Positions 26,420 through 38,500 of a DNA stretch of 64,000 nt are shown one piece after another. A program made the translations under genes and the position numbers. Within the stretch, counting starts at the first letter, position 1, and every line of letters begins with the position of its first letter. The DNA lies in the NCBI GenBank assembly GCA_020635695.1, contig JACJZH010000005.1, positions 102,708-166,707 on the forward strand, in the 5' to 3' direction. The notes under the pieces are model-generated. The model did not search any database and was not told where the DNA came from. It saw only the letters and a list, made by a program, of their open reading frames with translations. The stretch is from Flavobacteriales bacterium. Lineage in GTDB: Bacteria; Bacteroidota; Bacteroidia; Flavobacteriales_F; PHOS-HE28.

Positions 26420-27697
26420 TCACCGAGTGGCCACCGCGGAAGGCGGTGCCTCCTGAAGCATCTCCTGAAGGAAGGCCTCGAGGTTACGGCGGTAGTTCAC
26501 GTAATGCTCCCCGGTACCGGGTCCATAGAACCCTGTGCGGATACGACGCACCTTGCCCTTCCGGTCCACGAATATGCAGGTGGGATAGCTCATCACGTGA
26601 TCCAGGAAGGGAAGCTTGCGGGCGGCCTCTTCCTTGGCCGCCATACCGGCATAGGTGATGGCGTAGGGTACCGCGAGCGCATCCCGGAAATGGACCAGGG
26701 CATCCAAAGCCTGAGCGGGATCGGCATGTTTCTCAAAGGCCACCGCGATCACCTCGAGACCGGCATCGTGATGTTCCCGGTAAAGTTCGGTCAGTAGGCG
26801 GGTCTCATCCACGCAGTTCGGGCACCAACTTCCCATGACCTGGACCAGGAGCACCTTGCCCATGTACCGGGGGTCCTTGGGGGAGATGCTATCCCCATGG
26901 AGGTCCGGGAATCGGAATTCGATCATGTCGTATCCCTCCTTCAGGAAGGTGAGGGAGTCGGGATCCCGAAGATGGAAACCCGGGTCACGCACCGCCACCC
27001 AGGGCTCCTGCCAATGGACTCCGGACCAGAAGCTGCCGACCAGACTATCGCCTGCCATCCTGGCCTTGAAGAGGAACGCATGCGAACCATCGAAACAGGA
27101 CAACACCAGGGAATCCCCATGGACGGCGCCTTCCAGGAACCGGTAATCACCGGTCTCGGTCACGAACGTGCCCGTCGCCCGGCCATCAACATCCTGCTGG
27201 AAGATGCCAAGCGCCTCATAGGCGTCAGGTGTCGACGCGCTGAAGTTGACATGCCAGTTGCCGGATACGTTCGTCGTGGGCGGAAGCTCGCCCGGAAAGC
27301 GCTCGCCGGCCGCGGCCCGGGCCGTGAAGGGAATGGCGTAGTCGGGTCCCTTCAGGTGGTTGTACCAATGGCCGGAGAAGAGCGAGTCATTGTGGAGGAT
27401 GCCACGGAATTCCGAGTCGTACAAGGGCATTCGGACGTGCAGGGTATCCTGCCGGACCTCAACGTCCCTGATGGCGATGCGTTCCTCGCCATTGAAGACC
27501 GAAATGACCCACCCATCGCCATCATCATCCACCTCGAACAGGAACGGGAGGTCCTCCTCACCGAGATCGAGCACCATGCGCCACATGCCGGTCCGGGGGC
27601 CGGTGGGCGTCCGGTCCGATCCGGGACCACCACATCCCCCGACCAGGCTCAGGGCCGAGACCAGCAGGATCGCCCGAATGATGAGCAGGGGTCGCAT
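26420..27697 (-). CDS. Lipoprotein with C-terminal TlpA/thioredoxin-like thiol-disulfide oxidoreductase domain
   Basis: The lipobox is LSLVGGC. The C-terminal Trx fold carries the redox motif SWCPNC and ends ...MSYPTCIFVD. Confidence 0.65.
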   Translation of the reverse strand: MRPLLIIRAILLVSALSLVGGCGGPGSDRTPTGPRTGMWRMVLDLGEEDLPFLFEVDDDGDGWVISVFNGEERIAIRDVEVRQDTLHVRMPLYDSEFRGILHNDSLFSGHWYNHLKGPDYAIPFTARAAAGERFPGELPPTTNVSGNWHVNFSASTPDAYEALGIFQQDVDGRATGTFVTETGDYRFLEGAVHGDSLVLSCFDGSHAFLFKARMAGDSLVGSFWSGVHWQEPWVAVRDPGFHLRDPDSLTFLKEGYDMIEFRFPDLHGDSISPKDPRYMGKVLLVQVMGSWCPNCVDETRLLTELYREHHDAGLEVIAVAFEKHADPAQALDALVHFRDALAVPYAITYAGMAAKEEAARKLPFLDHVMSYPTCIFVDRKGKVRRIRTGFYGPGTGEHYVNYRRNLEAFLQEMLQEAPPSAVATR

Positions 27698-27756
27698 CCG
27701 TGCAAGATATCAGCGAGCGGGGAAGGAGTGTGGAGGAACCGGGGCCTGTATTGGGA

Positions 27757-29316
<1,560 letters not shown>

Positions 29317-29528
29317 GTGCGCGATCGAAAATGGGCCGCAAAGGTAGCCTGATGATGTTGAGCGAGAGTTCCGCTAGCCTTGGCACGCCTGCCGCACGCG
29401 TAACCTCCTGAAAATCAACGCAATGCGCGCGGCTTGTTTTTCGGCCATTTTCGGCCCTTTCGGCCACCGCTGATATCGGAGTGCCAAAAAGAGGGAAGGG
29501 GGCGCCAGGGCCCCGAAAAACAGCCTTC

Positions 29529-30437
29529 TCAGACCCGCGCCTTTCGGGCGATGTACAATGTGCTTGATGTCGGGCGGCCTGTGGCCAATGCCACCAGGTT
29601 GGACCATGATCCCTTCAGGAGCGCGAGGACCAACGCCACGGGAAGGGAATGCCCCCGATACCGTTCACTCAGGATGGCGATGTAGAAGGCGTCGAACGGC
29701 ATGCGGCGGCTTTCCATGAGCTCAAATCCGTGTTCATGCAACAGGCGGCGCACATCCTGTTGTCGAAAATGCCACAGGTGTCGAGGAACATCATAGGCCG
29801 CCCAGTTCTCGCCGTAGTGATCGGAGTCCCAGCTTCCCCGATCCGGTACGGCGATCATGAGCACACCATCTTCAGCTGTTCGCGCGAACAATTGCTTCAT
29901 GCTGCCTCGCAGGTCATGGAGGTGCTCAAGCACATGCCACAAGGTGATCACCTGGAACTGTTCCCGGGCCTCGACCAGTTGGAGCTTGGGAAGCACGGAA
30001 AGTGCATGGTTGGCAATGGCCTGCTCCCTGGCCTTGACCTCCGGCTCCACGCCTTGGACCAGGTACTGGTTCTGTTTGAGCTCTGCCAGGAACTCCCCGG
30101 TCCCACAGCCAACATCCAGCACGCGGCCTTTGGGCTGAAGTCGTTTGACAAGGTCCACCTTCTTGCGCAGCGCATGCGCACGCACACGCTGATAGGCCGA
30201 CGCCACGAAACCCTTTCTGGTGTTGGAGTGAGAAATGTACTCCTCCGACGCATAGTATCTGCCGATCGCGTTCGGACGAGGCCTTGGAGAGGTGAACCTG
30301 AAGCCACAGTGCACACAATCAACCAGGGTAAAGGGCTCCTTGCTAACGGAATGGTCTAGAACTGGGCCCCAGACTTGCGGGTCGGTTCGTCCGCAGATCG
30401 GACAAGCGAGGAGTGACTCCTGGTCGGCGTGTTCCAC
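29529..30437 (-). CDS. Class I SAM-dependent methyltransferase
   Basis: An N-terminal Cys pair zinc-ribbon-like segment (CPICG...CVHCG) is present. SAM motif I is VLDVGCGTG. The start is GTG. Confidence 0.75.
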   Translation of the reverse strand: MEHADQESLLACPICGRTDPQVWGPVLDHSVSKEPFTLVDCVHCGFRFTSPRPRPNAIGRYYASEEYISHSNTRKGFVASAYQRVRAHALRKKVDLVKRLQPKGRVLDVGCGTGEFLAELKQNQYLVQGVEPEVKAREQAIANHALSVLPKLQLVEAREQFQVITLWHVLEHLHDLRGSMKQLFARTAEDGVLMIAVPDRGSWDSDHYGENWAAYDVPRHLWHFRQQDVRRLLHEHGFELMESRRMPFDAFYIAILSERYRGHSLPVALVLALLKGSWSNLVALATGRPTSSTLYIARKARV

Positions 30438-30448
30438 GTGGAATGGGT

Positions 30449-32329
30449 CTAGCGGCCAAGATAGACGAGCAGGACGGACAGGTCTGCCGGAGATACACCG
30501 CTGATCCGGGAGGCTTGTCCAAGCGTCGTAGGTCGTATCTGGTGAAGCTTGGTCCTTCCTTCCATGGAGAGGGAGGTGAGCTTCAGGAAGTCCAGGTCCT
30601 TGTCCAGGATCACTTCGTCCAGGCGCGAGAGCCGTTCGGCCTGTTCGCGTTCCTTGGCCAGGTATCCCTCATATTTCGCGTTGATCTCCACCTGCTCCGC
30701 CACCTCTTCTTGAAGGTCGCCCATGCTGGAGAGAGCCTCCCCGATGGATGGCGAAAGCGCTGCTACCGTGGACAGGTCCAGTTGGGGCCGAAGGACCAGG
30801 TCGTGCAGCTTGACCTGTTGTCTGATGGGGGATGTTCCACGTGGAACAATGACCGGGTTGGCGACCTCGGGGGATACACCCTGCTGGCGAAGTAGCGCGG
30901 TTAATTCGGATGCCTGAGCCTCTTTGAGCTCCACGCGCAACATGCGCTCCCTGCTTGCCAATCCCAGCGCATGTGAGCGTGGTGTTAGACGAAGGTCGGC
31001 ATTGTCCTGACGCAGGAGGATGCGGAATTCCGCACGACTGGTGAACATCCGATAGGGCTCTTCGGTGCCCTTGGTGATCAGGTCGTCGATCAGCACACCG
31101 ATGTATGCTTCGTCTCGTTTCAGGATGAACGGGTCCTTGTCCTTGAGCGCAAGGTGGGCGTTGATCCCAGCCATGATCCCCTGACAGGCGGCCTCTTCAT
31201 ACCCGGTGGTCCCATTGATCTGGCCCGCGAAGTAGAGCCTGGAGACGAGCTTGGTCTCCAGGGTATGCTTGAGCTGAGTGGGAGGGAAGTAGTCATACTC
31301 CACCGCATATCCTGGTCGGAATATCCGGGCTTGTGCGAATCCCGGCATTGCCCGAAGTGCCTTGATCTGGACCTCTTCCGGGAGGCTGGTGCTGAAGCCA
31401 TTGATGTAGGTCTCCACGGTGTTCCACCCCTCCGGCTCCACGAAGATCTGGTGCCGGTCGCGATCGGCGAAGCGATCGATCTTGTCCTCGATGCTGGGAC
31501 AGTAGCGAGGACCGACACCCTGGATCCGCCCCGAGAACATCGGGCTCCTATCGAAACCAGAGCGCAGGATGTCGTGAACTTCAGGGCTGGTGTAAGTGAT
31601 CCAGCAACTAAGCTGCTTGGGTGGAGGCTTGGTTTCCGGCAGGAAGCTGAACGTGCGCGGGTCCTCGTCACCGAGCTGCTCCTCGAGCTTGGTGTAGTCG
31701 ATGCTCCTTCCGTCCACGCGCGGTGGGGTGCCGGTCTTCATACGACCTGCCTCGAAACCCAGCTCCACGAGCTGCTCGGTAATGCCATGTGAGGCCTTTT
31801 CGCCAGCCCGGCCGCCACCGAGTTGACGCTCGCCGATATGCATCACACCGTTCATGAACGTGCCGCTGGTAAGCACCACGGCCCCGCACGGAATGGTCAT
31901 GCCCAGGCCTGTTCGGACGCCGATCACCGAGCCATTCTCCACGAGGATGCCGGTCACCATGTCCTGCCAGAAATGGACCTGATGCGTTCCTTCCAACAGC
32001 CTCCTCCAGGTCTCAGCGAACAAGCCTCGGTCGTTCTGGGTCCGAGGGCTCCACATGGCAGGCCCCTTGCTCCGGTTCAGCATCCGGAACTGGACCATGC
32101 TCTTATCGCTCACGATGCCCGAATAGCCGCCCAGCGCGTCAACCTCGCGGACGATCTGGCCTTTGGCCACCCCACCCATGGCGGGATTGCAGCTCATTTG
32201 CCCAATGACCCCCATGTTCATGGTGATCAGGAGTACGCGCGAACCCAGGTTGGCAGCCGCGGCCGCGGCCTCACAGCCGGCATGTCCCGCGCCGACCACG
32301 ATGACATCGTATCGGTCCAAAGTGCTCAT
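30449..32329 (-). CDS. mnmG: tRNA uridine-5-carboxymethylaminomethyl modification enzyme MnmG (GidA)
   Basis: The N-terminal FAD-binding fold is YDVIVVGAGHAGCEAAAAAANLG. Similarity extends full-length. The ORF-track start was trimmed to Met14. Confidence 0.9.
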   Translation of the reverse strand: MSTLDRYDVIVVGAGHAGCEAAAAAANLGSRVLLITMNMGVIGQMSCNPAMGGVAKGQIVREVDALGGYSGIVSDKSMVQFRMLNRSKGPAMWSPRTQNDRGLFAETWRRLLEGTHQVHFWQDMVTGILVENGSVIGVRTGLGMTIPCGAVVLTSGTFMNGVMHIGERQLGGGRAGEKASHGITEQLVELGFEAGRMKTGTPPRVDGRSIDYTKLEEQLGDEDPRTFSFLPETKPPPKQLSCWITYTSPEVHDILRSGFDRSPMFSGRIQGVGPRYCPSIEDKIDRFADRDRHQIFVEPEGWNTVETYINGFSTSLPEEVQIKALRAMPGFAQARIFRPGYAVEYDYFPPTQLKHTLETKLVSRLYFAGQINGTTGYEEAACQGIMAGINAHLALKDKDPFILKRDEAYIGVLIDDLITKGTEEPYRMFTSRAEFRILLRQDNADLRLTPRSHALGLASRERMLRVELKEAQASELTALLRQQGVSPEVANPVIVPRGTSPIRQQVKLHDLVLRPQLDLSTVAALSPSIGEALSSMGDLQEEVAEQVEINAKYEGYLAKEREQAERLSRLDEVILDKDLDFLKLTSLSMEGRTKLHQIRPTTLGQASRISGVSPADLSVLLVYLGR

Positions 32330-32451
32330 GGTTCCACGTGGAACAACCTCCTTGACAAGAGGGCGCAAAGATAGGGAGCCACCCCCCAGCTGACCACCGC
32401 CGAGGCAACACCTCGGCGGGTCATAAATCCCTGATATTCAGGAGAGTATGC

Positions 32452-33018
32452 CTATCGCTCGTAATAGAAGACGATGCTGGCCCGTGCAAGCGCGTGACTG
32501 TTGATGGTGTACCCGACCATGGCAGGAGGCGCTTCCGGGTCCAATCCCAAGCTCTCCGCATCAAGCGCCGAGACCGTGACGATGTACCGGTGGGCGCCAT
32601 GGCCAGGGGGCGGACAGGGACCTCCGTATCCGGTGGTTCCAAAGTCCGTCATGCTCTGAACGGCTCCCTTGGGCATTCCGGCCCCGCCTGTTGAACCCGC
32701 TCCCATGGGCAGGCCGTTGATCGTTGCGGGCAGGTCGAACACCACCCAGTGCCACCATCCGCTTCCCGTAGGCGCGTCAGGGTCGTACATGGTGATGGCG
32801 AAGCTCTTCGTACCATCCGGAGCATGGGCCCACGTCAGCTGCGGGCTTCGGTTCTCCCCGGTGCAGCCGAACCCATCGAACACCTCCCGGGTGGTGGCCT
32901 GGCCACCCACTGAGCTGCTGGTGAGGGTGAAGGTGTCTCCTGGCGCGCCATCCTGGGCGCTTGCCTTGTCGGCGACGATAAGAACGGAAATGAGCAGAAG
33001 GGCGTAGGTCGGTCTCAT
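32452..33018 (-). CDS. YbhB/YbcL-family PEBP (Raf kinase inhibitor-like) protein, secreted
   Basis: A signal peptide is present. PEBP motifs are MYDPDAPTGSGWWHWVVFDLP and GHGAHRY. Confidence 0.85.
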   Translation of the reverse strand: MRPTYALLLISVLIVADKASAQDGAPGDTFTLTSSSVGGQATTREVFDGFGCTGENRSPQLTWAHAPDGTKSFAITMYDPDAPTGSGWWHWVVFDLPATINGLPMGAGSTGGAGMPKGAVQSMTDFGTTGYGGPCPPPGHGAHRYIVTVSALDAESLGLDPEAPPAMVGYTINSHALARASIVFYYER

Positions 33019-33137
33019 TCCACGAAGATACCCATGTAGCACAAGGGGGTGTTGGCAGCAGCGTTCGGGTGATCCGCCCGGAGCGAATGCGGAAATGACC
33101 ATCCTGGTGCCATCTTCGCGATCTGAAGTTCCAGACC

Positions 33138-34649
33138 ATGCATCCTCGCAATTCCGCTGCTGCCTTTTCAGGTGTCCTGTTGGTCCTTGCCTCGTGCTCT
33201 GCCCCGGAGCCGACCGGACAGGAAGTGAATGAAACCGCCCCGATGGAACGCGGTGCCGCGAATGTGGCCTACATCTGGGGCGGAGTGGCCCTGGAGGCCA
33301 CTGCCAACGACACCGAGAACAACAAACCGCGGCCCACGGTGAACAGCCGGATGCTGGCCCTGCCCATGGTGGCACAATTCGATGCGTGGAGCCGATACGA
33401 CAGCCTGGCGGTCCCGGTGTTCCTGAAGGCGGAGCGCCGCCCTGTGGCAGAGCACACGGAGGCCAACAAGGAGGAGGCGATCAGCTATGCCATGGCCCGG
33501 GCGTTGACATCCGTTTATCCGGCCGACAGCCAGCTGTTCGCCGATCAATTGACCGCCCTGGGCTATGATCCCGGTTACACGGACCTGGACCCGACCACGC
33601 CCGCCGGACTGGGCAACCTGGCCGCACACACGGTGATCGAGGCCAGGCGCCACGACGGAAGCAACATGTTCGGAGACCACCCGGACGCGGACACGCTTTA
33701 CGGGGATTACACCCACTACGTGCCCGTGAACCAAGCCACGCGCATGAACGACATCGACCGCTGGCAGCCCAAGTATTTCGAGGAGGAAACGACCGGTCGG
33801 CGCTTTGCGCCTGGCTGTCTTTCGCCGCACTGGCAACATGTGGCACCACTATTCCTGGACAGCGCTGCCCAGTTCAGACCGCCGGCGCCACCCGTGATGG
33901 GCGATCCGAGGCTGGAGGCCGAGGTGCGCGAGGTGGTGGCCATGCAGGCCGGGCTCACCAATGAGGAGAAGGCCCTGGTGGAGTTCATGCGTGACGGCCC
34001 CCGCAGCGTGCAGCAGGCCGGCCATTGGTTGATCTTCGCGCGGGACGTGAGCCTGCGCGACGACCACACGCTGGACGATGATGTGAAGATGTACTTCGTC
34101 GTGGCCTCCACGGCCATGGACTGCTTCATCGCCTGCTGGGACGCCAAGATGCACTACGACAACAGCCGGCCCTATCAACAGGTGCATCACCTCCTGGGCG
34201 AGGAGGACATCACCGGCTGGGGCGGACCAGGTGTCGGCATGATCGCCATGAAGGGGAAGGACTGGCGTCCCTACTCGCCGGCGAACTTCCTCTGTCCGCC
34301 GTTCCCTGCCTATCCGAGCGGCCACAGCACCGTGAGCGGTGGGTGTGGCAAGGCGCTGGAGCTGTTCACGGGAAGCGACCACTACGGGGCTTCCGTGACC
34401 CTGCTTCCCGGATGGCTCACCGAACCGGGCATCACCCAGGACAGCGTGACCCTGCGGTTCCCGACCTTCACAGAGACCGCTGAGATGGCCGGCCGTTCGC
34501 GGGTGCTGGGTGGATACCACATCCAGACCGACAACGTGGAGGGACTTCGCCTGGGAAGGCGGGTGGGCGAGCTGGTCCATGCCCGCTGCATGGACCACAT
34601 CGAGGGCCGTGCAGGAGCCCCGCGCGAACCGTTGGCGGCGACCTACTGA
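33138..34649 (+). CDS. Lipoprotein of the PAP2 / vanadium-dependent haloperoxidase-like family
   Basis: The lipobox is LLVLASC. The PAP2-type tripartite motif is present as KMHYDNSRP, YPSGHSTVSGG and GRSRVLGGYHIQTDN. Confidence 0.7.
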   Translation: MHPRNSAAAFSGVLLVLASCSAPEPTGQEVNETAPMERGAANVAYIWGGVALEATANDTENNKPRPTVNSRMLALPMVAQFDAWSRYDSLAVPVFLKAERRPVAEHTEANKEEAISYAMARALTSVYPADSQLFADQLTALGYDPGYTDLDPTTPAGLGNLAAHTVIEARRHDGSNMFGDHPDADTLYGDYTHYVPVNQATRMNDIDRWQPKYFEEETTGRRFAPGCLSPHWQHVAPLFLDSAAQFRPPAPPVMGDPRLEAEVREVVAMQAGLTNEEKALVEFMRDGPRSVQQAGHWLIFARDVSLRDDHTLDDDVKMYFVVASTAMDCFIACWDAKMHYDNSRPYQQVHHLLGEEDITGWGGPGVGMIAMKGKDWRPYSPANFLCPPFPAYPSGHSTVSGGCGKALELFTGSDHYGASVTLLPGWLTEPGITQDSVTLRFPTFTETAEMAGRSRVLGGYHIQTDNVEGLRLGRRVGELVHARCMDHIEGRAGAPREPLAATY

Positions 34650-35080
34650 AGGCGGTCCAGAACGGCCAGCCAGCGATCCTCCTCGCCGCGCATCGCCTTT
34701 CGCTGGGCCTCCGTTTTATCACGTTGGCCCAGCAGGTGCAACAGACCGTGCACCATCACCCGGTGGAGTTCGCGCTGTGCGCTGGTGCCGTATTCGCGGG
34801 CATTCTCCCGGATGCGGTCGTAGCTCATCAGCACGTCCCCCGACACGCCGGTGCCCGTCTGCCCATCGAACGTGATCACGTCCGTGAGCGTGTCGTGCCC
34901 CAGGTAGCGCTGGTTGTATTCCAGCAGTTCGGCGTCCGTCATCAGCACGAAGGCCAGTTCATGTACTTCCAGCCCATGCTCCCGGGCCACGCGTTTCAGC
35001 CAGCGGCGCAGACGGCCGCGGTGGCGGAAGGCGTCGGGAACGTCGCGGTGATGGAAGGTGATGGAAGGCGCGGCCATCAC
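34643..35080 (-). CDS. ybeY: rRNA maturation endoribonuclease YbeY
   Basis: An N-terminal UPF0054 pattern is present (ELAFVLMTDAELLEYNQRYLG.DTLTDVITF). The metal motif is HGLLHLLG. Confidence 0.8.
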   Translation of the reverse strand: MMAAPSITFHHRDVPDAFRHRGRLRRWLKRVAREHGLEVHELAFVLMTDAELLEYNQRYLGHDTLTDVITFDGQTGTGVSGDVLMSYDRIRENAREYGTSAQRELHRVMVHGLLHLLGQRDKTEAQRKAMRGEEDRWLAVLDRLQ

Positions 35081-35514
35081 TCCTGCACGGGAAGCAGGCT
35101 GAAGGCCATGGCCACGCTGGCCCCGTTGTCCTCGAACTCCACCGAGTCCGCCAGGGCGCGCATCAGGAACACCCCGCGTCCGTGGGGCTTCTCGATGTTC
35201 TCCGGGTCGGTGGGGTCGGGCAGGTGGTCATGGTCGAAACCCGGACCTTCATCGCGGATCAGGAAGATGATCCGGTCCGCCTCCACTTCGTAACCCACGG
35301 TGACCTGCTTGGAGGCGTCCTGGCGGTTGCCGTGATGGATGGCGTTGTTCACCGCCTCGGTAAGGGCGATGAGGATGTTGCCATAACGGGACTCGTGGAC
35401 GTTGTGCGCCTTGCAGGCGTCATCGATGAGCTTTTCCACCAGGGCGATGTTCTCCGCCTTGGAGGGGAACTCTATCCGGTGGGTGAACTGCACGTCCTCG
35501 ATCAGGGTTCCCAT
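35077..35514 (-). CDS. RsbW/SpoIIAB-like anti-sigma regulatory factor (HATPase_c_2 serine kinase)
   Basis: The N-box is EAVNNAIHHG. G1 is RDEGPGF. G2 is GRGVFLM. An ATGA overlap couples it to ybeY. It lies 8 nt downstream of the DUF4175-like gene. Confidence 0.75.
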   Translation of the reverse strand: MGTLIEDVQFTHRIEFPSKAENIALVEKLIDDACKAHNVHESRYGNILIALTEAVNNAIHHGNRQDASKQVTVGYEVEADRIIFLIRDEGPGFDHDHLPDPTDPENIEKPHGRGVFLMRALADSVEFEDNGASVAMAFSLLPVQE

Positions 35515-35522
35515 GGCTTCGA

Positions 35523-38500
35523 TCAGGGTCGGTCAAAAGTACCGAAATAGTCGTTCACGCGCTGCCGGTAGTAGGGCTTGAGCCCGGGTGGCACGGTGCG
35601 CAGCAGTTCGGTCTCGCGCTGTTTGCGTTGTTGGTACTCGAAGTAGCGGGCGGGGTCCTCGTGCGGTGTCTCCCGCCCTTCGTTGCTTGTACGTTGCTGG
35701 TCGAGCTCCCGTTCGCGTTCGGCCTTCTCGGCCTCCAGCAGGCGTACGAGGATGTCCTTCTGGCGTTTCTGGGTCTCCTGGTCGATGCGGCGGTTCACGA
35801 TGTCCTTCTCGACCTCCTCCATCTCCTGGGCGAGCTTGTTCAAGGGGTTCCCGGAACCGCTGCCATCCTTGTTCATCTCCTGCGCCATCCGTTGCAACTC
35901 CTTGCGGATCGCGGCTTGTTGGGCGGCCATCTGGGCCAGTTGCCTGCTCATGCCGGGCATGCCCTGTGACCCCTCGTTCTTTTCGCCGGGCTTGTTGCCT
36001 TTCTGCTGACCCTTGCGCATCTCCTCCAGCTGCTTGTTCAGGGCCTCCTGCATGGCCTTCATCTTGGCCATGGAGGGTTTCTTGCCCTGCCCGCTACCGG
36101 TCCCGCCGGGCTTGTTGCAGGAACCGCTGCCGGGCATCTGTTGGGCCATCTGTTGCATCATCTGCTGGAGCGCCTCGTCCAGCAGCAGGGCCAGGTTGTT
36201 CAAGGAGGTCATGGCGCGTTGTTGCCGTTCGGCCGCCACGGGCTTCTGGCGTTCGTTGCCCCGGCTGTCGCTGATCAGGGCCACGGCCTGGTCCATGTTC
36301 TCGTTCACCGCGTTCATCTCCCGGTTCACCACGGACTGGAGCTGTGGGATCCGTTTGCTGAGGGCGAAGAGGGAATCCTCCACCACACGGGCATCATCGC
36401 GCAGCTTCTTCTGGTCGCGGCCCACCTCCACGTAGCGCGGGTCCTTGGGCTTCGTGGCCGACAGGTCGTCCATCACGCGCTCCTGGTCGAAGCTCAGCTG
36501 CACGATGTTCTCCAGGAGTTGCCGCAAGGCGTCCATGTCCTCTTCCTGCTGCTCCTGCTCGGAGTTCTGCATGCTGCTCCGCATCTGGAAGGCCAGCTGC
36601 TCCATCTGCTCCCCGGCCTTCTTCTGGCTTTCCCCGGCCTTCTTCTTTTCGTCCTGCTTCAGCTGTTCCTGGCTCTGCTGTTGCTGCTGGTCGATGGCCT
36701 CTTCCTGGGGTTCCGTGTCGGGCAGTTCCAGGGGGTTCTCCAGCTCGCTGTTCTTCTTCTCGAGCTCGTCCAGCTGCTCCTGCACCTCGTCGAACTTCCG
36801 GTCCAATTCGGCCTGTTCCTCGGCCAGTTGTTCGGCGCTCTTATCCCCTTTGTCGCTTTCCTCGGACAGGTCCTTCTGCTCCTCCGCCAGCTCCTCCAAT
36901 TGCTCCGCGATGTCCTCGGCCTGTTGCTCGACCTCCAGTTGTTTGAACAGTTCAAGGGACCGGTCCAGCTCCTTTTCGATGTCCTCCTGGCTCAATTTCA
37001 TCTCCTCCATGCGCTCCTCCAGGGCTTCCTTGTCCAGTTTCTCGAGAAGCTCCTCCATCTGCCGATAGAGCTCCTTCATTTCCTCGGTGAGCACGTTCTC
37101 GAAGAGCTCCTGGAGCTGCTCCTGTTTCTGGAGCAGTTCTTCGTTCATGGGCTGGAACTCCTGCTGGAACTGCTGGCTTTGGCGCAACTGCTCGGTGGTC
37201 TGCTCAATGCGCTGTTGAAGGTCCTGCTGCCGCTGCAGGGTGTTCTCCAAACGTTGCTTGTCCTGCCAGTCGAGCTCCTTCTTGTCCAGCATTTCGCGGC
37301 GGATGCGGTCCAGGTCTCGCTGCAGTTCCTGGGCCTCCCGGATGCCCTCCTGCAGGGCCTCCTTGATGCGGTCGGCATCCTGCTCCTGACGTTCGGCCAG
37401 CTCCCGCAGCGAGGGTGCGGCGAACACCCGCACGCTGGTGCGGGCGCTCTTGCTTCCGTTCACCCCGTCATTGTCCCAGACCTCGAACCAGTGTTCCAGG
37501 CGGTCACCGGGCATCAGGTCGAGCGCGGAAAGGTCCCAGTCGTGGTAGAACACCTGGCGTGTGGCCTTCGGCTCCAGCCCAAGGGGCATCACCCCTTCCC
37601 GTTGATCGGCGGCCAGGCTGTCCCCTCCGGCGGCGACCCGGTAGTGGAACTCAAGACGCCGGAACCCGTGGTCATCACCGATCCGCCCGCTGAAGACCAG
37701 TCGTTTCGGCGCCAGGCTGTCCGTGCGCTCCTCCACATCGATGGTGGGGTAGAGGTCGGGGACCACATCGATCCGGTAGGGTAGGGACCGTTCGGAACGC
37801 CGGTCGCCAATGGCCGGGGTCATCCGGTAATTGCGGGCTTGAAGCAGGCGACGTTCGGCCGTGAAGCGCCCATCCCCGCGATCGTCCAGGGCGTAGGTGC
37901 TGTCGTCGAAGGCCAGCAGCAACCGGTCGGCGCTGCGGGTGTTCACCGTCCAGGTGATGCGCGTCCCCGCAGGCACGGTCACATCCCCGGTGTTCCGCAC
38001 CTGTTCGGCCGCCATGCCCAGGTAGGCCGGATAGGCCAGGTCCAGGGCGAAATCGAGCAGGGTGGGGTTGGGAAGGGTGTTCAGCACGAACTCCTCGGAG
38101 AGAAAGCCTCCCGCCGTGAGCTGAAAGCTGATGGGCGCCTGCACATTGCGGAAACGATGGGTGAACCGGGCAGCGTTCTGGCGCACCAGGGGAATGCGCC
38201 TATCACCCACCAAGAGTTCCACCTGCTGCGGAAGCACCTGCCCGCGCAGGTCCACCTCAAGCTCGAAGTCCTCCTGCTCGGGTACCTCCAGGGTGTCGTT
38301 CACCAGGAAACGGAAGGGCGCTTCTGGTACGAACTCCGTTCCGTGGGCCATCAGGCGGCGCGTGGGTTCCTTGATCAGACTGGGAGCGGCCAGCAGCAGC
38401 ACGGCCAGGACCAGCAGCGGGGGAAGGGCATAGCGCAGGTAGCGCGTGTTGCGCCGCAGGTCGATGGCCTGGGCGAAGGGCACCGGGCCCAGTTCGCGGC

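Noticed and set aside
30834-32344. VPRGT peptide (thrombin-site-like) encoded by the palindrome, as a sign of an engineered construct
   Set aside because: The palindrome sits in native-looking genomic context. One copy is inside the conserved mnmG reading frame. No vector, tag or linker sequence is nearby. The resemblance is coincidental.
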